Assembly: GCF_964213995.1 (NCBI RefSeq)
Contig: NW_027590224.1
Location: 310,001-374,000, forward strand
Length of the DNA: 64,000 nucleotides
Reading direction: 5' to 3'
Source: Mustelus asterias
Taxonomy: Eukaryota
The position numbers and the translations under genes are program-made. The notes below the pieces were generated by a model that saw only the letters and a list, made by a program, of their open reading frames with translations, was not told the DNA's origin and did no database searches. Below, piece by piece: positions 50,331 to 62,551 of this stretch (within the stretch, counting starts at the first letter, position 1; every line of letters starts with the position of its first letter).

Positions 50331-51381
50331 TAAACACTGCATCCTTTAACTGTCTCAATTCCCACTCCAGTAAATACTCAGTATATTCACAAAGCCAAGG
50401 GAAGTTGACACTTAGTTTTATCCTCCAGTAGTGGGGCAGATAGTCAGTGGGAAGAGAAGCCAGTGCGGTGGTCAGTGGGAGGTGGTCAGTGGAAGAGTTG
50501 TGTGGTCAGTTCGGGGGGGATGGGTTTGAACACCATGTCCAGATTTTGCAGTGGTATTATCAGTGAACAAGGATAGCTTCACCATCAATACTCCACTGAA
50601 ACTGACAACAACATCTGGAGTCCACACATGTGCAGGGTAACACGGAGATCCAGAAGTTGTAAGAGATTGAATCAAAAACAGAAAATGCTGGAAAATCTCA
50701 ACAGGTCAGGCAGCATCTGTGGGGAAAGAATAGAGCCACCATTTCGAGTTTAGATGACCCTTTGCCAGAGTATTTTGCTTTTATTTAAGAGATAGAATGT
50801 TCCTCTGGAGTGTACCAATGAGGTACTACACCTCCATAAGTAATCAGCGGATTCAGAAAGATTTCCACTTTTAACACTGTTATTGTAAAAATCTTTGCAG
50901 ATTGTAAATATGCTCGATGTGGCACCTTGCTGAATGAGATATAGCTGGATTTTGAAATTGAATTAACTTCCTAATTGCTGCTAAATAAATGTACTGGCCC
51001 TCAAAAGCAGATTTCCAATCTGCACAATGTCAAATCCCACCAATATGATTTTTTAAAATTTACTTTTTAAAAATTTAAGTTTATTTAATTTACTACACTT
51101 CTAATTGTCATCTAGTCCCTGCCCCCTCTGATCAAAGCCAATCCTGAGTCGTGGGGGGGGGTGGGACAGTGAGTATTATGGGATGTGGGACATGGTAACC
51201 AGCAGTAACCAATCACTGGGCCCAGCTGGTGAAAGTGGCGGGGAAAGAGATGGAGGGGGCGGGGAGGATGAAGAATTTTGAACTCCTTGGTTTGCTGTGA
51301 TTGGTTGCTTTACCTTCTTGTTGTCCAAAAGATCCCCTTGAGTTAATGCGAGATTTACACTGCCATTGGCAAAAGAGGACA

Positions 51382-51852
51382 CAGTAAGAGTTTTAACACC
51401 AGGTTAAAGTCCAACAGGTTTATTTGGTAGCAAATGCCATTAGCTTTCGGAGCGCTGCCCCTTCGTCAGATGGAGTGGAAATCTGCTCTCAAACAGGGCA
51501 CAGAGACACAAAATCAAGTTACAGAATACTGATTAGAATGCGAATCTCTACAACCAACCAGGTCTTAAAGATACAGACAATGTGAGTGGAGGGAGCATTA
51601 AGCACAGGTTAAAGAGATGTGTATTGTCTCCAGACAGGACAGCCAGTGAGATTCTGCAAGTCCAGGAGGCCAGCTGTGGGGGTTACTGATAGTGTGACAT
51701 AAATCCAAGATCCCGGTTTAGGCCGTCCTCATGTGTGCGGAACTTGGCTATCAGTTTCTGCTCAGCGACTCTGTGCTGTCGTGTGTCGTGAAGACCGCCT
51801 TGGAGAACGCTTACCCGAAGATCAGAGGCTGAATGCCCGTGACCGCTGAAGA
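51382..51852 (-). mobile_element. Penelope 3' end with pLTR and a hammerhead motif (51437-51473)
   Basis: Reverse complement of the 20200-20650 region; TSD-like AAAGAGGACAC. Confidence 0.85.
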
Positions 51853-52539
51853 CACGCCAAAGAGGACACGCCAGACATCATTCAGTCTCTATCAACAGCT
51901 TTCTTCTAGATCAGCAGAAAGTGTCACTAGTTTCACAGAACAGACAACTGTATTGCTCAAATTGGGAAATGAGTATTCATCCCAATCTTGAGCATTAACT
52001 GTCAGGAATCACTTGTTAAATCACAATAGTGGGCTGATTTTCCCTTCCCTGACCCAGGTTCAGTGCTGGACTGTCCCATTCCCCAGAAGGTTTTCTTCTC
52101 CAGCCGCACCATCCTGATGCTCAGATGCTGTTGTCACAAGGCCCCGTGATTCACCCCAAAAAAGGCTCCATTGCCGAAGAGTCTTCATTATATGCTTTAT
52201 TTCGATTGATCCCAATTCTATTTTGATTCCTAGGAGAGAAAGACCAGCAGAGTTCAGGTTATGTGAAAAGAATTCAACACTTTGGACAAGTGTGTAAAGG
52301 ACCCGTTCAGGAGCACAGACCCATTAAATTCCACTCGACATCCTGAGTACCAATGGCAGCTGGAAAATGGGTCACAGGAGTTTGGGTAAGAATTGGGCAG
52401 GGAGATGGAGATATTGAGGGAGACAAGAAAATCCAAGCTGGCCATCCCAGTGATTGAAACCACTGATGGCAGTGTCACAGCGGTCAATTTAACCACAAAT
52501 GGAGACTGAGCAATAACTTGCATTTATATAGCACCTTTA

Positions 52540-52826
52540 AAAGTTAAAGTTTATTTATTAATCACAAGTAAGGCTTACATTAACACTGCAATGTGGTTAC
52601 TGTGAAATTCCCCTAGTCGCCACATTCCGGAGCCTGTTTGGGCCAATGCACCCTAACCAGCACGTCTTTCAGATTGTGGGAGGAAACCGGAGCATCCGGA
52701 GGAAACCCACGCAGACACGGGGAGAACGTGCAAACTCCACACAGACAGTGACCCAAGCCAGGAATCGAATCCAGGTCCCTGGCGCTGTGAGGCAGCAGTG
52801 CTAACCACTGTGCCACCATGCCGCCC
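52540..52826 (-). mobile_element. V-SINE
   Basis: tRNA head and V core on the minus strand. Confidence 0.85.
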
Positions 52827-52829
52827 CCA

Positions 52830-53420
52830 AGGTGCCAAGGTGCTTTACAGAAGCGAACATCAAGCAAAATGTGTGCGCTGAGCCATTGAGGAAATAATAG
52901 TTCAAGTGATCAAATGAAGGTAGGTTTTAAGGAGTGTCTGAAAAGAGAGAGAGAGAGGTGGAGAGGTTTAGAGAGGGAATTCCAGAGTTTAGGGCCCAGC
53001 CAGCTGAAGGCACGGCCACTAACAGTGAAGCGATGGTAATGGGGGAATACTCATGAGTCTGGAATTAGAGTGCTGTGATTTCAGAGGGTTGTAGGGGCTA
53101 GAAGATAGGGAAGGGGTGAGGCCATAGAAGGATTTGAACAGGAGAATGAATGGAGGTCAGGCAAGCACAGCGGGTGGTGGATGAATAGGACTTGGTAGAG
53201 TGCAGTGCAACAGAATTTTGGATGCGTTCAAGTTTATAGAGAGAGCAAGGTGTGTTGTCAGTCAGAGGAGCTTTGGAACAGACAAGTCTGGTGATAATAA
53301 AAGCATAGATGAAGGTTTCAGCTGATAGGCTGAGACAGGATGGCACTGAGGTGGTCGTGGGCAGTCTGGGTGATGGGGGGTGCATGGGGCGGAGGGAGCT
53401 CAGCTCAGGGTCAGACCCCA
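52830..53420 (-). mobile_element. L2-clade LINE 3' fragment
   Basis: ORF 53098-53421 (AETFIYAFIITRL...KLERIQNSVA) resembles the L2 ORF2 C-terminal motif AETLIHAFVTSRLDY...LQLIQNSAAR. Confidence 0.7.
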
Positions 53421-53656
53421 AGATTGTGAATCGTCTGGTTCAGCCTCAGACAATTTCCAGGGAGGGGTGATGGGGTCAGTGACTGGGGAACAGAGCAAGG
53501 ATCAGAGGGTGGAGAAAGGTCAGAGGAGAAGGGACACGGGGATTTTAGCTGTGAGCTGGTGAGTTGTTTGGTACAGAGATTAGGTGAGTGTATATTAACT
53601 GTGTGATAGAGGGAGCCACACATTCCTGCTCTTCACCTTCAGTTCAGCAGCTAGAG

Positions 53657-53960
53657 CAGTGGTTCCCAAAGGGTGCGGCGCGCCACACTGGTGCGGCGAG
53701 AGAGGATGGCAAGTGTGGCGGGTAGATTCAAGGATAATCAAAGAAACATTTAAACATGGTTTAAACAAGCATTGTTTTATACTTTCTGGATGTCCCATGA
53801 TATTATAAATTAGTTGTGTTCTATGTTATGAATCAAGCACTGCTCGGAGTTGTTTTTTTTTGTTTTTGAATGTATTTCTTATCAATAAAAAATTCGGTGT
53901 GGCACGGGCAAATTTTTATTCCGAAAGTGCGGCCCAGTGAAAAAAGTTTGGGAACCACTG
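53657..53960. mobile_element. hAT-Charlie-type MITE
   Basis: TIRs CAGTGGTTCCCAAA / TTTGGGAACCACTG; 8-bp TSD AGCTAGAG/GGCTAGAG. Confidence 0.9.
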
Positions 53961-54122
53961 GGCTAGAGGATGACAACAAGCTGGAAGTGACTGGATAACG
54001 CAGCATTGAAAGATCCCACACAGCTCAAAGTGTATCGCTGCACACAACATTCCCACAACACCGAATGTAATGAAGCAACACTAGAATTCACAATGAGAAC
54101 CGCAGAACATTCCAGAACTCAC

Positions 54123-54231
54123 CGTCTTTGTGGCTTTCGGATTATGGAAACCCCAATTACAACAACCGCAAACAAAATCACAAGAATGATGATTCCCAAT
54201 CCAACTCTTGCTCCAGTAGAGAGTCCAGGAC
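54123..54231 (-). CDS. Transmembrane exon of a B7-family-like receptor
   Basis: TCTGTCTCTAG acceptor and GTGAGT donor, phase 1-2. Reads GPGLSTGARVGLGIIILVILFAVVVIGVSIIRKPQR. Confidence 0.82.
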
Positions 54232-54811
54232 CTAGAGACAGAATGAAGCCATTAACAGACTGGGACATTCACAAAACTAACAGCAGAGACCTTCAGCACC
54301 GAGTGTTTCAGAACCATCCCCAGAACAAACAGATCCCTGGTTAATTCTAGTCCTGGAGGGATGTGGGAGGTTAGATACCAATAATCAAACATTCTAATTG
54401 AGGCCAATATAAAAAGTGCAGTTTCTGGAGAGAGTCTGTTTTGAACATAAAATGTGTTTCAAAAGTCAATGCTATAGCAGCTGAGGTTCCCTTTGATTGA
54501 ATTTCTTTCTCTCTGTAATAGGTTCTGCAAAATAATAGGATCGCGTTCGGAATTAGAGAAGAGATGATTCTACGATCCCACCAGCAGCGCAACCCCACCC
54601 ATGGGTTTCCCGCTGGCATGGGGGTGATGTCAATAGGAATTCCCATTGACAGCGGTGGGACCAGAGAATCCCGCCATTAGCAAACAACACGCCACCTCCC
54701 GCTGGCGGGTAACACGCGGCTGGGAGGCTGGAGAATCTTGCCTGATGTCATTGCCCCATTAGACTTCTGGTCCTAGATTGGCTTAAAGCAACCAGGGTGT
54801 TGTTATAAAAT

Positions 54812-55312
54812 AGAATCCTCTCCCAGGCCAATGTCCTCAGTATTGAGGCACTGGTCACACTTGACCAGCTGTGCTAGGTGGGCTACATTGTCCGCATGCC
54901 CGACACAGGACTGCTGAAACTAGTGCTCTACACCGAGCTCCACAATGGCAAGCGATCACAAGGAAGACAGAGGAAATGCTACAAGGACACTCTGAAAACC
55001 TCCCTATATAAATGCAACATCTCCATCATTTTGTGGGAATCATTTGTCTTAGAATGCACAAACTGAAGAAGAAGCATCCGCGAAGGCACCAATCACCTTG
55101 AGTGTCATTGGCTGGAGCTCGTGGAGGCCAAGTGTAAACAGCAGAAAGACAGCACAGGATCCAGTGCGTTCCACCCACCCACCACATCAAAGGCCACTTG
55201 CTAAACCTGTGGCAGAATCTGCAGGATTGGATTATTTAGTCACCGCAGAGCCAATCTCCCCGGAGTGGATTCAGTCATCCTCGACATTGAGGGACTGCCA
55301 TAGAAGAAGACG
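54812..55312 (+). mobile_element. RTE-clade LINE 3' fragment
   Basis: GYIVRMPD...LYTELHNGKRSQGRQRKCYKDTLK; (AGA)n tail. Confidence 0.75.
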
Positions 55313-55927
55313 ACAAAGAGACCTCAAAAATGGCCATTCTGATCACATCACCTGTCTCTCAATGATGAGTTTTCAATCAATGATAACTGATTAGCTCAGG
55401 TATGGACAGAGCTTGATTATTGTATCTTGGCCTAGGTGATCCATTTCTTTAATGTCCCAGCTACCACTTCTGAATGGACCATTCCTCCTTGTGAGAAGCT
55501 CAGAAGAAAATTTCAATGCCTTCTATACAACATTCTATATTGTTGTGGTAGACTTTCTGTCTCTGTCTGAAAGATATCTTTACAGAAATGCAAATGGTGA
55601 GAGACAAGTTACAAGCTTCAGTTTATCTTTGAAATTATTCTTGTAAAATTCCACAGGAGGTTGTCTTGACATGTCCCAGTTGTAATCTACATTGAACACT
55701 TGCAGAAACTGACCAACTTGTAATGCCAGGTGTCAGGTGACTTGTGGCAGCCACCTTAAGTAAATGTCTTTACTTCTTTTAAAAAGATCCTTTTAAAGAA
55801 CAGAGTCAGTACAAATTGAGCTGCCATTTTTACAGGCTGGGCTTGCAGAGTCAGGAAATCCCCCAATTGTGCACACCCGATTATCAATCCAGGATTACTG
55901 GTCTCGTACCATAACCAGCGCACTAAC

Positions 55928-58900
55928 TATGATATATGTGTATATAATATATATGTTGGGGGGTTGGGGCGTGGACTGCCCCTTTAAGAGTATGGATCAG
56001 GTAAAACTTGGAGAATATCTTGAAGAGGTTGCAAGAGCATGGCCTACAGTCAAGAAAGAGAAATGTGAGTTCTTCAAGGACTCCATTGAATACCTAGGTC
56101 ATGTAATTGATGGCGATGGGTCACACAAGGCATACAAGAGAATGGAGGCCATCGTGAAGGCCCCAAGACCAGACAACATGTCCAAATTGAGGTCGTTTTG
56201 GGACTTATCAATTACTATGGCAAGTTGGTTCCAAATCTGGCAATGGTGTTGAAACTAATGCACCGGTTGCTGGGGAAAGATGGCCATGGAAGTGGACAAA
56301 AGACTGTGAAGAGGCCTACTGGGAGGTAAAGCTGGCTTTGAAGAGATTGGAAATGCTGGTTCACTTCAACCCAAAGTTACCACTGTAGCTGGCATGCGAC
56401 ACATCGTCCTATGAGGTTGGGGCTGTCCTATCTCACATTATGCCAAACGGGGAAGAACGATCTATAGTATTCACTTCTCGATCACTGATGAAAGCTGAGG
56501 AAAAGTATGCTCAAGTGGAAAAAAAAAGACTTTGGCATCTTCTTTGGTGTCAAGAAATTTTTATCATTTCCTTTATGGTAGGAATTTTGTGCTTCTAACA
56601 GGCCGTTGACATCCATCTTAGGACTGTACACTAGGATACTGTCTATGGCAGCTCGATTGTAGAAGCGGGCGTTGGTGCTGTCAGCATAACCATGCAAGAC
56701 CCGGTACCATCAGTCAGAGAAACACGGCAATGTGGATGCTCTGTCAAGGCTGCCTTAATTGAGATAAGGATGGTCCCGGCTGGAATTTGATAATAATGTA
56801 CTTCACACAGGAAAGATAAAATTCCGGTAACCCCTAAACGAATGCTGAATGCCACCCAGAACAATCCGATCATGAGCCAAGTAGTGGACCTTGTCCTGAG
56901 AGGGAGATTGAGTAGTAGAAACCATCTGGAGTTGCAGCCATATATGTCCTGAAGATGGGAGTTGTCCGTTTTGGATGGATGTTTCTTATGGGGCACGAGA
57001 GTCATCATTCCCCCATCCTTAGGAGGAAAGTTGCTGGAACAGGTGCACCAAGGGCATCCTAGGGTGGTGCCAATGAAAGAATAGCAAGAAGTTATTTTTG
57101 GTGGCCAAATCTAGATGCAGAGTAAGTAGTCTCACAACACCAGGTTAAAGTCCAACAGGTTTATTTGATAGCATAAGCTTTCGAAGCGCTGCTGCGTCAT
57201 CAGATGAGTGGCACTCAAGCTTGTGCTACCAAATAAACTTGTTGGACTTTAACCTGGTGTTGTGAGACTATTTACTGTGCCTACCCCAGTCCAACACCGG
57301 CAACTCCACATCAATCTAGATGCATTAATTGAAGAAAAAGTGGGATTATGAGAATCCTGCACTTTGGTACAGAAGGCGCCCTTGTCACCTCTTCATCCAT
57401 GGGAATAGCCCCAATCACCATGGCAGCATATCCATATTGATCTTGCTGGGCCAGTAGAAGGGCAGATATTCTTGGTGGTAGTGGATGCCCACTCCAAGTG
57501 GTCGGAGGTCATGATTATGAAGTCCACGTCGGTGGAGTCAATGCTAGACAAACTCGATGTGATATTTGCCCGGTTTGGTAATCCGGAACGAGTAATCAGT
57601 GACAGTGCGCCCAAGTTTGTGGCACTTGGAGCACCATAGAATCAGACACACGAGGTTGGCACCGTATCACCCGGCGACATACAGCCACCTGAGGTCTGGT
57701 GGAACGATTTGTTCAGAACCTGAAATAGTCTCTGAAGTGGTCGCAAGGGGAGGGGTCGTTCAGGCAGCGGATAAATAAATTCCTGAGTATGTACCGCAAC
57801 GCACCACAACTCAATGTTCATTGGCTTCATTGATGTTCAACTGAAAATTAAGAACCACATTTGACCTGCTACCGGCAGAGGAGATCCAAGAAGTTGTTGA
57901 ATGGAACCTAGAGGGACAGATGACCAGAACAGCAGGAAGTGAGAAGTTGAGGACTTTTCAGAGAGGGAAGTTTGTTCTGGCCAGGTATTATGCTTCTGGA
58001 GAAAAGTGCGTACCAGCTCCATTGTTACACAAACAGGAACTTTGTCCTATACAGTACAGACCAGGGATGAGGTGGTCTGGAAGAGACATGCAGGCCAGTT
58101 GGTTGCAACAGGGCACCAGAGCCGGGAAAGTCCACAAACAATGGAACCGTCCACGTTGGACCCAGTGGGGTTGCCCGAGCCTACTATTTCAGAGTCAGAG
58201 TTGATCACCTCAAGGGATCAACAGCCACCCGAGGTCCAAGAGAAAGGGACCCTCATGCTGAACAGTTCAATTACTAGGGGGCACAGGTTTAAGGTGCGAG
58301 GCTCAAAGTTTAAAGGATATGTACGAGGCAGATTGTTTTTACACAGAGGGTGGTGGGTGCCTGGAACGCGTTGCCGGGGGAGATAGTGACTTTTAAGGGG
58401 CGTCTTGACAAGTACATGAATAGGATGGGAATAGAGGGATATGGCCCCCGGAAGGGTAGGGGGTTTTAGTTAAGTCAGGCAGCATGATCGGTGCAGGCTT
58501 GGAGGGCCAAAGGGCCTGTTCCTGTGCTGTAATTTTCTTTGTTCTTTTTTTAGTAGGATCTTCCAGAATCCCGGGAATCTATTTTGGAAGAGATTCCAGC
58601 AACAAGGAAACAATCTCGACAAAACCGCCATCCTCCTGATAGACTCCATTTTGTCCATGTGAACTGTCAAAAGGGATTTTACGTTGAGGATTTGGGGGAG
58701 ATCAGGATATCAGCCTTGATCATAATGAATGGTGGAGCGGGCTCAAAGGGTTGAATGGCCTACTGCTTCCAGTTTCTAAAACTATGGTAGTTTGTAATGC
58801 TCTGTGTAAAGAGTAGTCACCTGTAAACATGTTGTATATATATATATATTATTTTTATATATATATATTTTTTTTTTTCAGTTGGGAAATTTTGGATTTA

Positions 58901-59145
58901 AGGGGGAGTGGTGTGATGTCTGTACATTGGGGTTTGGGGTGCAGACCGCCCTTTTAAGAGTATGGGATAAGGTAACTCCTGGTTATTAGCTCTGCCCAGT
59001 ATGGGACCCATACCGTCAGGTCCAGGTAGTCCTGGACCTGACAGTGAATGCGTACACACCTTCAATAAACAGCTCCCAGTATTGAAATATTCAAGCCCAC
59101 CTTGTGATTCCTTAGGCCCCTTAGTCCACAGGAGTGTACATAAAA
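55928..59145 (+). mobile_element. Internally deleted Gypsy LTR retrotransposon in the IgV-TM intron, 5-bp TSD CTAAC
   Basis: RT end (KCEFFKDSIEYLGHVI), RNase H (LACD.S.Y.VGAVLSH), integrase (HIDLAGPVEG..FLVVVDAHSKW). PPT AAGGGGGAGTGG at 58900; 3' LTR 58912-59145 matches a truncated 5' LTR at 55928-56005. Nested Penelope insertion 57120-57312 (TSD AATCTAGATGCA) and CR1 tail 58265-58550. Confidence 0.85.
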
Positions 59146-59184
59146 CTAACAAAGCTGTAAAATCAGAGATTAAATGCAGAGTAC

Positions 59185-59517
59185 CTGAAACAGAAACCTC
59201 TCCTGTTACAGAGAGTTTAACATGTTGATGAAACCTCACATCCGTCCTCTTGTAAATCTGACACTCGTACTCGCTCTGGTCTGACTCCCTGAGGTCAGAG
59301 AGCAGAACTGACCAGTTTCCTTGTTCCAGTTGATCTCTGAACAGCTTTGTTCTGTTTCTGAACCGTGGATCTTGTTCCCTCAAATCATCGTTTCCATTGA
59401 CAAACTTGTGTAAAATTTCATGCTCTGATATCTGCCAAATCACCAGTAAATCTGAGACTGGGACATTCCCGTTGTAGGTACAGGGCAGCACAGCCTGCTT
59501 CCCAAGGAACCCGGAAA
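59185..59517 (-). CDS. IgV-set exon, B7 family-like (CD276/ICOSLG/CD86-like)
   Basis: 333-bp phase 1-1 exon (CCCAG acceptor, CAG|GTAC donor). Reads VSGFLGKQAVLPC...LLVIWQ...QDPRFRNRTKLF...GNWSVLLSDLRESDQSEYECQI...VKLSVTG; intact. Confidence 0.88.
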
Positions 59518-59839
59518 CTGGGACAGGGAAAGATTGAAAGTATTTATCCACAGATATAACCTCCCTGCTGGTACATTACATCCCAAGCTTCACATGGTTA
59601 CACTGCCATGCTTGATTCACAAGAAGCACTGATCAATACCTCACTGCTTTCATTTGTGTGGGAAGGTTAAAGCTCAGGCATTGAGGGCCTTCAACTAAAC
59701 CCAGCTTGTGCTGGATATTTGTAAGCACAGAGTAGCTGGACAGCACTTTGAATCACATGTTTTCCAATTGTCCACATGCTGGGAGAACACATCAGGATAT
59801 TGGTCACCTCCCCTTGGGAGAAAAATCACAGACTGGGGG

Positions 59840-59913
59840 GTGGACAATGTGAGGTGGACAATGTGAGGTGGACAATGTGAGGTGGACAATGTGAGGTGGA
59901 CAATGTGAGGTGG
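59840..59913. repeat. 14-bp tandem repeat, 5 units
   Basis: Unit TGGACAATGTGAGG. Confidence 0.95.
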
Positions 59914-60387
59914 AACTCAGGAGCTGAAAACTGACCCTGAAATGTAAAGACAGGAACGGGTGGGGGAGGGGGTACCCGAGGATGTGGAAAGGGGTTTGGA
60001 CAGGTTGGGGGGAGAGTGATGGATGGGTACACAGTGTAGGGGATGAGGCAGCACCTAATGGTCTGAAAGGGGCTGAGGAAGGAGCCAAACACAAGCAGAG
60101 AGGCACCAGATCAAATCAGAGAGTTCACGGTTTATAATTAGCAGTTATTCCCCAGCACAGACTATGAGTAACACACACATTCTCCAGTAGAAAATCAAAA
60201 TCACTGTCTCGTGATGTCCCTCCTCCTCACCAAATCCCCCATCCCTGCTCCCCCCAATTCTATCGCCATCCCCAGCTGTCGGCACTGTCCCCCTGTAGTC
60301 TCAAGAACCCACTTCCTCACCTCCCTCTCAGCTGTCACTCTCCTGTGCCTCTCCCTTCCTGTCTCCCTTTTCCCCTATCCTCTCTCT

Positions 60388-62110
60388 GTCTGTTATTCTA
60401 CATAAAAACCATCCCGAACCCCATGATTAGATTCTAGTCTGTAACTCACTCCAGGGTATCTGTTATTCTATATATAAACCATCCCGAACCTCTCGGTTAG
60501 ATTCCAGTCTGTAACTCACTTCGGGGTATCTGTTATTCGATATATAAACCACCCCGAACCCCTCGATTAGATTCTAGTCTGTAACTCACTCTGGGGTATC
60601 TATTATTCGATATATAAACCCCCCCGAAACCCTCGATTAGGTCCCAGACTGTAACTCACTCCCAGGTATCTGTTATTCTATATATAAACCACCCCAAACC
60701 CCTCAATTAGATTCCAGACTGCAATTCACTCCTGCGTATCTGTTATTCTATATAGAAACCCCCCCTGAAACCCTCAATTAGGTTCTAGACTGTAACTCAC
60801 TCCCGGGTATCTGTTATTCTATATATAAACCACCCCGAACCCCTCGATTAGATTCCAGTCTGTAACTCACTTCCGGGTATCTGTTATTCTATATATAAAC
60901 CACCCCAAACCCCTCAATTAGATTCCAGACTGTAACTCACTTCCGGGTATCTGTTATTCTATATATAAACCACCCCGAACCCCTCAATTAGATTCCAGAC
61001 TGTAACTCACTTCCGGGTATCTGTTATTCTATATATAAACCACCCCAAACCCCTCAATTAGATTCCAGACTGTAACTCACTTCCGGGTATCTGTTATTCT
61101 ATATATAAACCACCCCGAACCCCTCGATTAGATTCCAGTCTGTAACTCACTCCTGGGTATCTGTTATTCTATATATAAACCACCCCGAACCCCTCGATTA
61201 GATTCCAGTCTGTAACTCACTCCCGGGTATCTGTTATTCTATATATAAACCATGCCAAACCCCTCGATTAAATTCCAGTCTGTAACTCACTCCCGGGTAT
61301 CTGTTATTCTATATATAAACCACGCCAAACCCCTCGATTAAATTCCAGTCTGTAACTCACTCCCGGGTATCTGTTATTCTATATATAAACCACCCCGAAC
61401 CCCTCAATTAAATTCCAGTCTGTAACTCACTCCCGGGTATCTGTTATTCTATATATAAACCACCCCGAACCCCTCAATTAGATTCCAGCCTGCAACTCAC
61501 TACCAGGTATCTATTATTCTGTATATAAACCAACCCAAACCCCTCGATTGGATTCCAGTCTGTAACTCACTCCGGGGTATCTGTTATTCCATATATAAAT
61601 TACCCCGAACCCCTCAATTAGATTCCAGTCTGTAACTCACTCCCGGGTATCTGTTATTCTATATATAAACCACCCCGAACCCCTCAATTAGATTCCAGTC
61701 TGTAACTCACTCCCGGGTATCTGTTATTCTATATATAAACCACCCCGAACCCCTCAATTAGATTCCAGTCTGTAACTCACTCCCGGGTATCTGTTATTCC
61801 ATATATAAACCACCCCGAACCCCTCAATTAGATTCCAGTCTGTAACTCACTCCCGGGTATCTGTTATTCTATATATAAACCACCCCGAACCCCTCAATTA
61901 GATTCCAGTCTGTAACTCACTCCCGGGTATCTGTTATTCTATATATAAACCACCCGAACCCCTCGATTAGATTCCAGTCTGTAACTTACTCCCGGGTATT
62001 GTTTATTCTGTATATAAACCACCCCGAACCCCTCGATTAAATTCCAGTCTGTAACTCACCCTTGCATATTGTTTATTCTATATATAAACACCTCAAACCC
62101 CTTGATTGGG
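60388..62110. repeat. 70-bp minisatellite, about 24-25 units
   Basis: Unit CTGTTATTCTATATATAAACCACCCCGAACCCCTCAATTAGATTCCAGTCTGTAACTCACTCCCGGGTAT. Confidence 0.97.
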
Positions 62111-62473
62111 CTCTGTAACCTTGTCCAATAGTTGACAAACGCACTAAACAGAGTCCAAAACCAGGGGTTATAGTTTGAGGATAAGGGGTAAACCTTTTAG
62201 AACTGAGTGAGGAGAAATTCCTTCACCTGGAGAGTGATGAATGTGTGGAACCCACTACCATAGAAAGTAGTTGAGGCAAAAATGTGTGATTTCAAGAAGC
62301 AATTAGATACAGCTCTTGGGGCTAAAAGAATTAAGGGATATGGGGGATCAGGATATTGAATTTGATGATCAGCCATGATCATAATGAATGGTGGAGGCTG
62401 ATTCGAAGGGCTGAATGGCCTCCTCCTGCTTCTATTTTCTATGTATGTCAGCAATGTTTGAAATGTTGTTTAC

Positions 62474-62551
62474 CTGAATGAGAGTTGTGCCTTGCCTGCC
62501 CCTCTCCTGTACTTGCTGATCGTGTTTCTTTAGGAGATGAAGTTGAATTTT
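62474..62551 (-). CDS. 78-bp Ser/Thr-rich linker exon, copy 2
   Basis: TTTACTTTCCAG acceptor and CAG|GTAAAC donor, phase 1-1. Reads ENSTSSPKETRSASTGEGQARHNSHS. Confidence 0.65.

Noticed and set aside
58898-59551. 217-aa single-exon ORF
   Set aside because: Only 59185-59517 is the IgV exon; the remainder is intron and LTR read-through.
60388-62110. Regular repeats resembling a CRISPR array (also the 33-, 37- and 43-bp arrays)
   Set aside because: Head-to-tail units with no unique spacers, no cas genes, and a vertebrate context.
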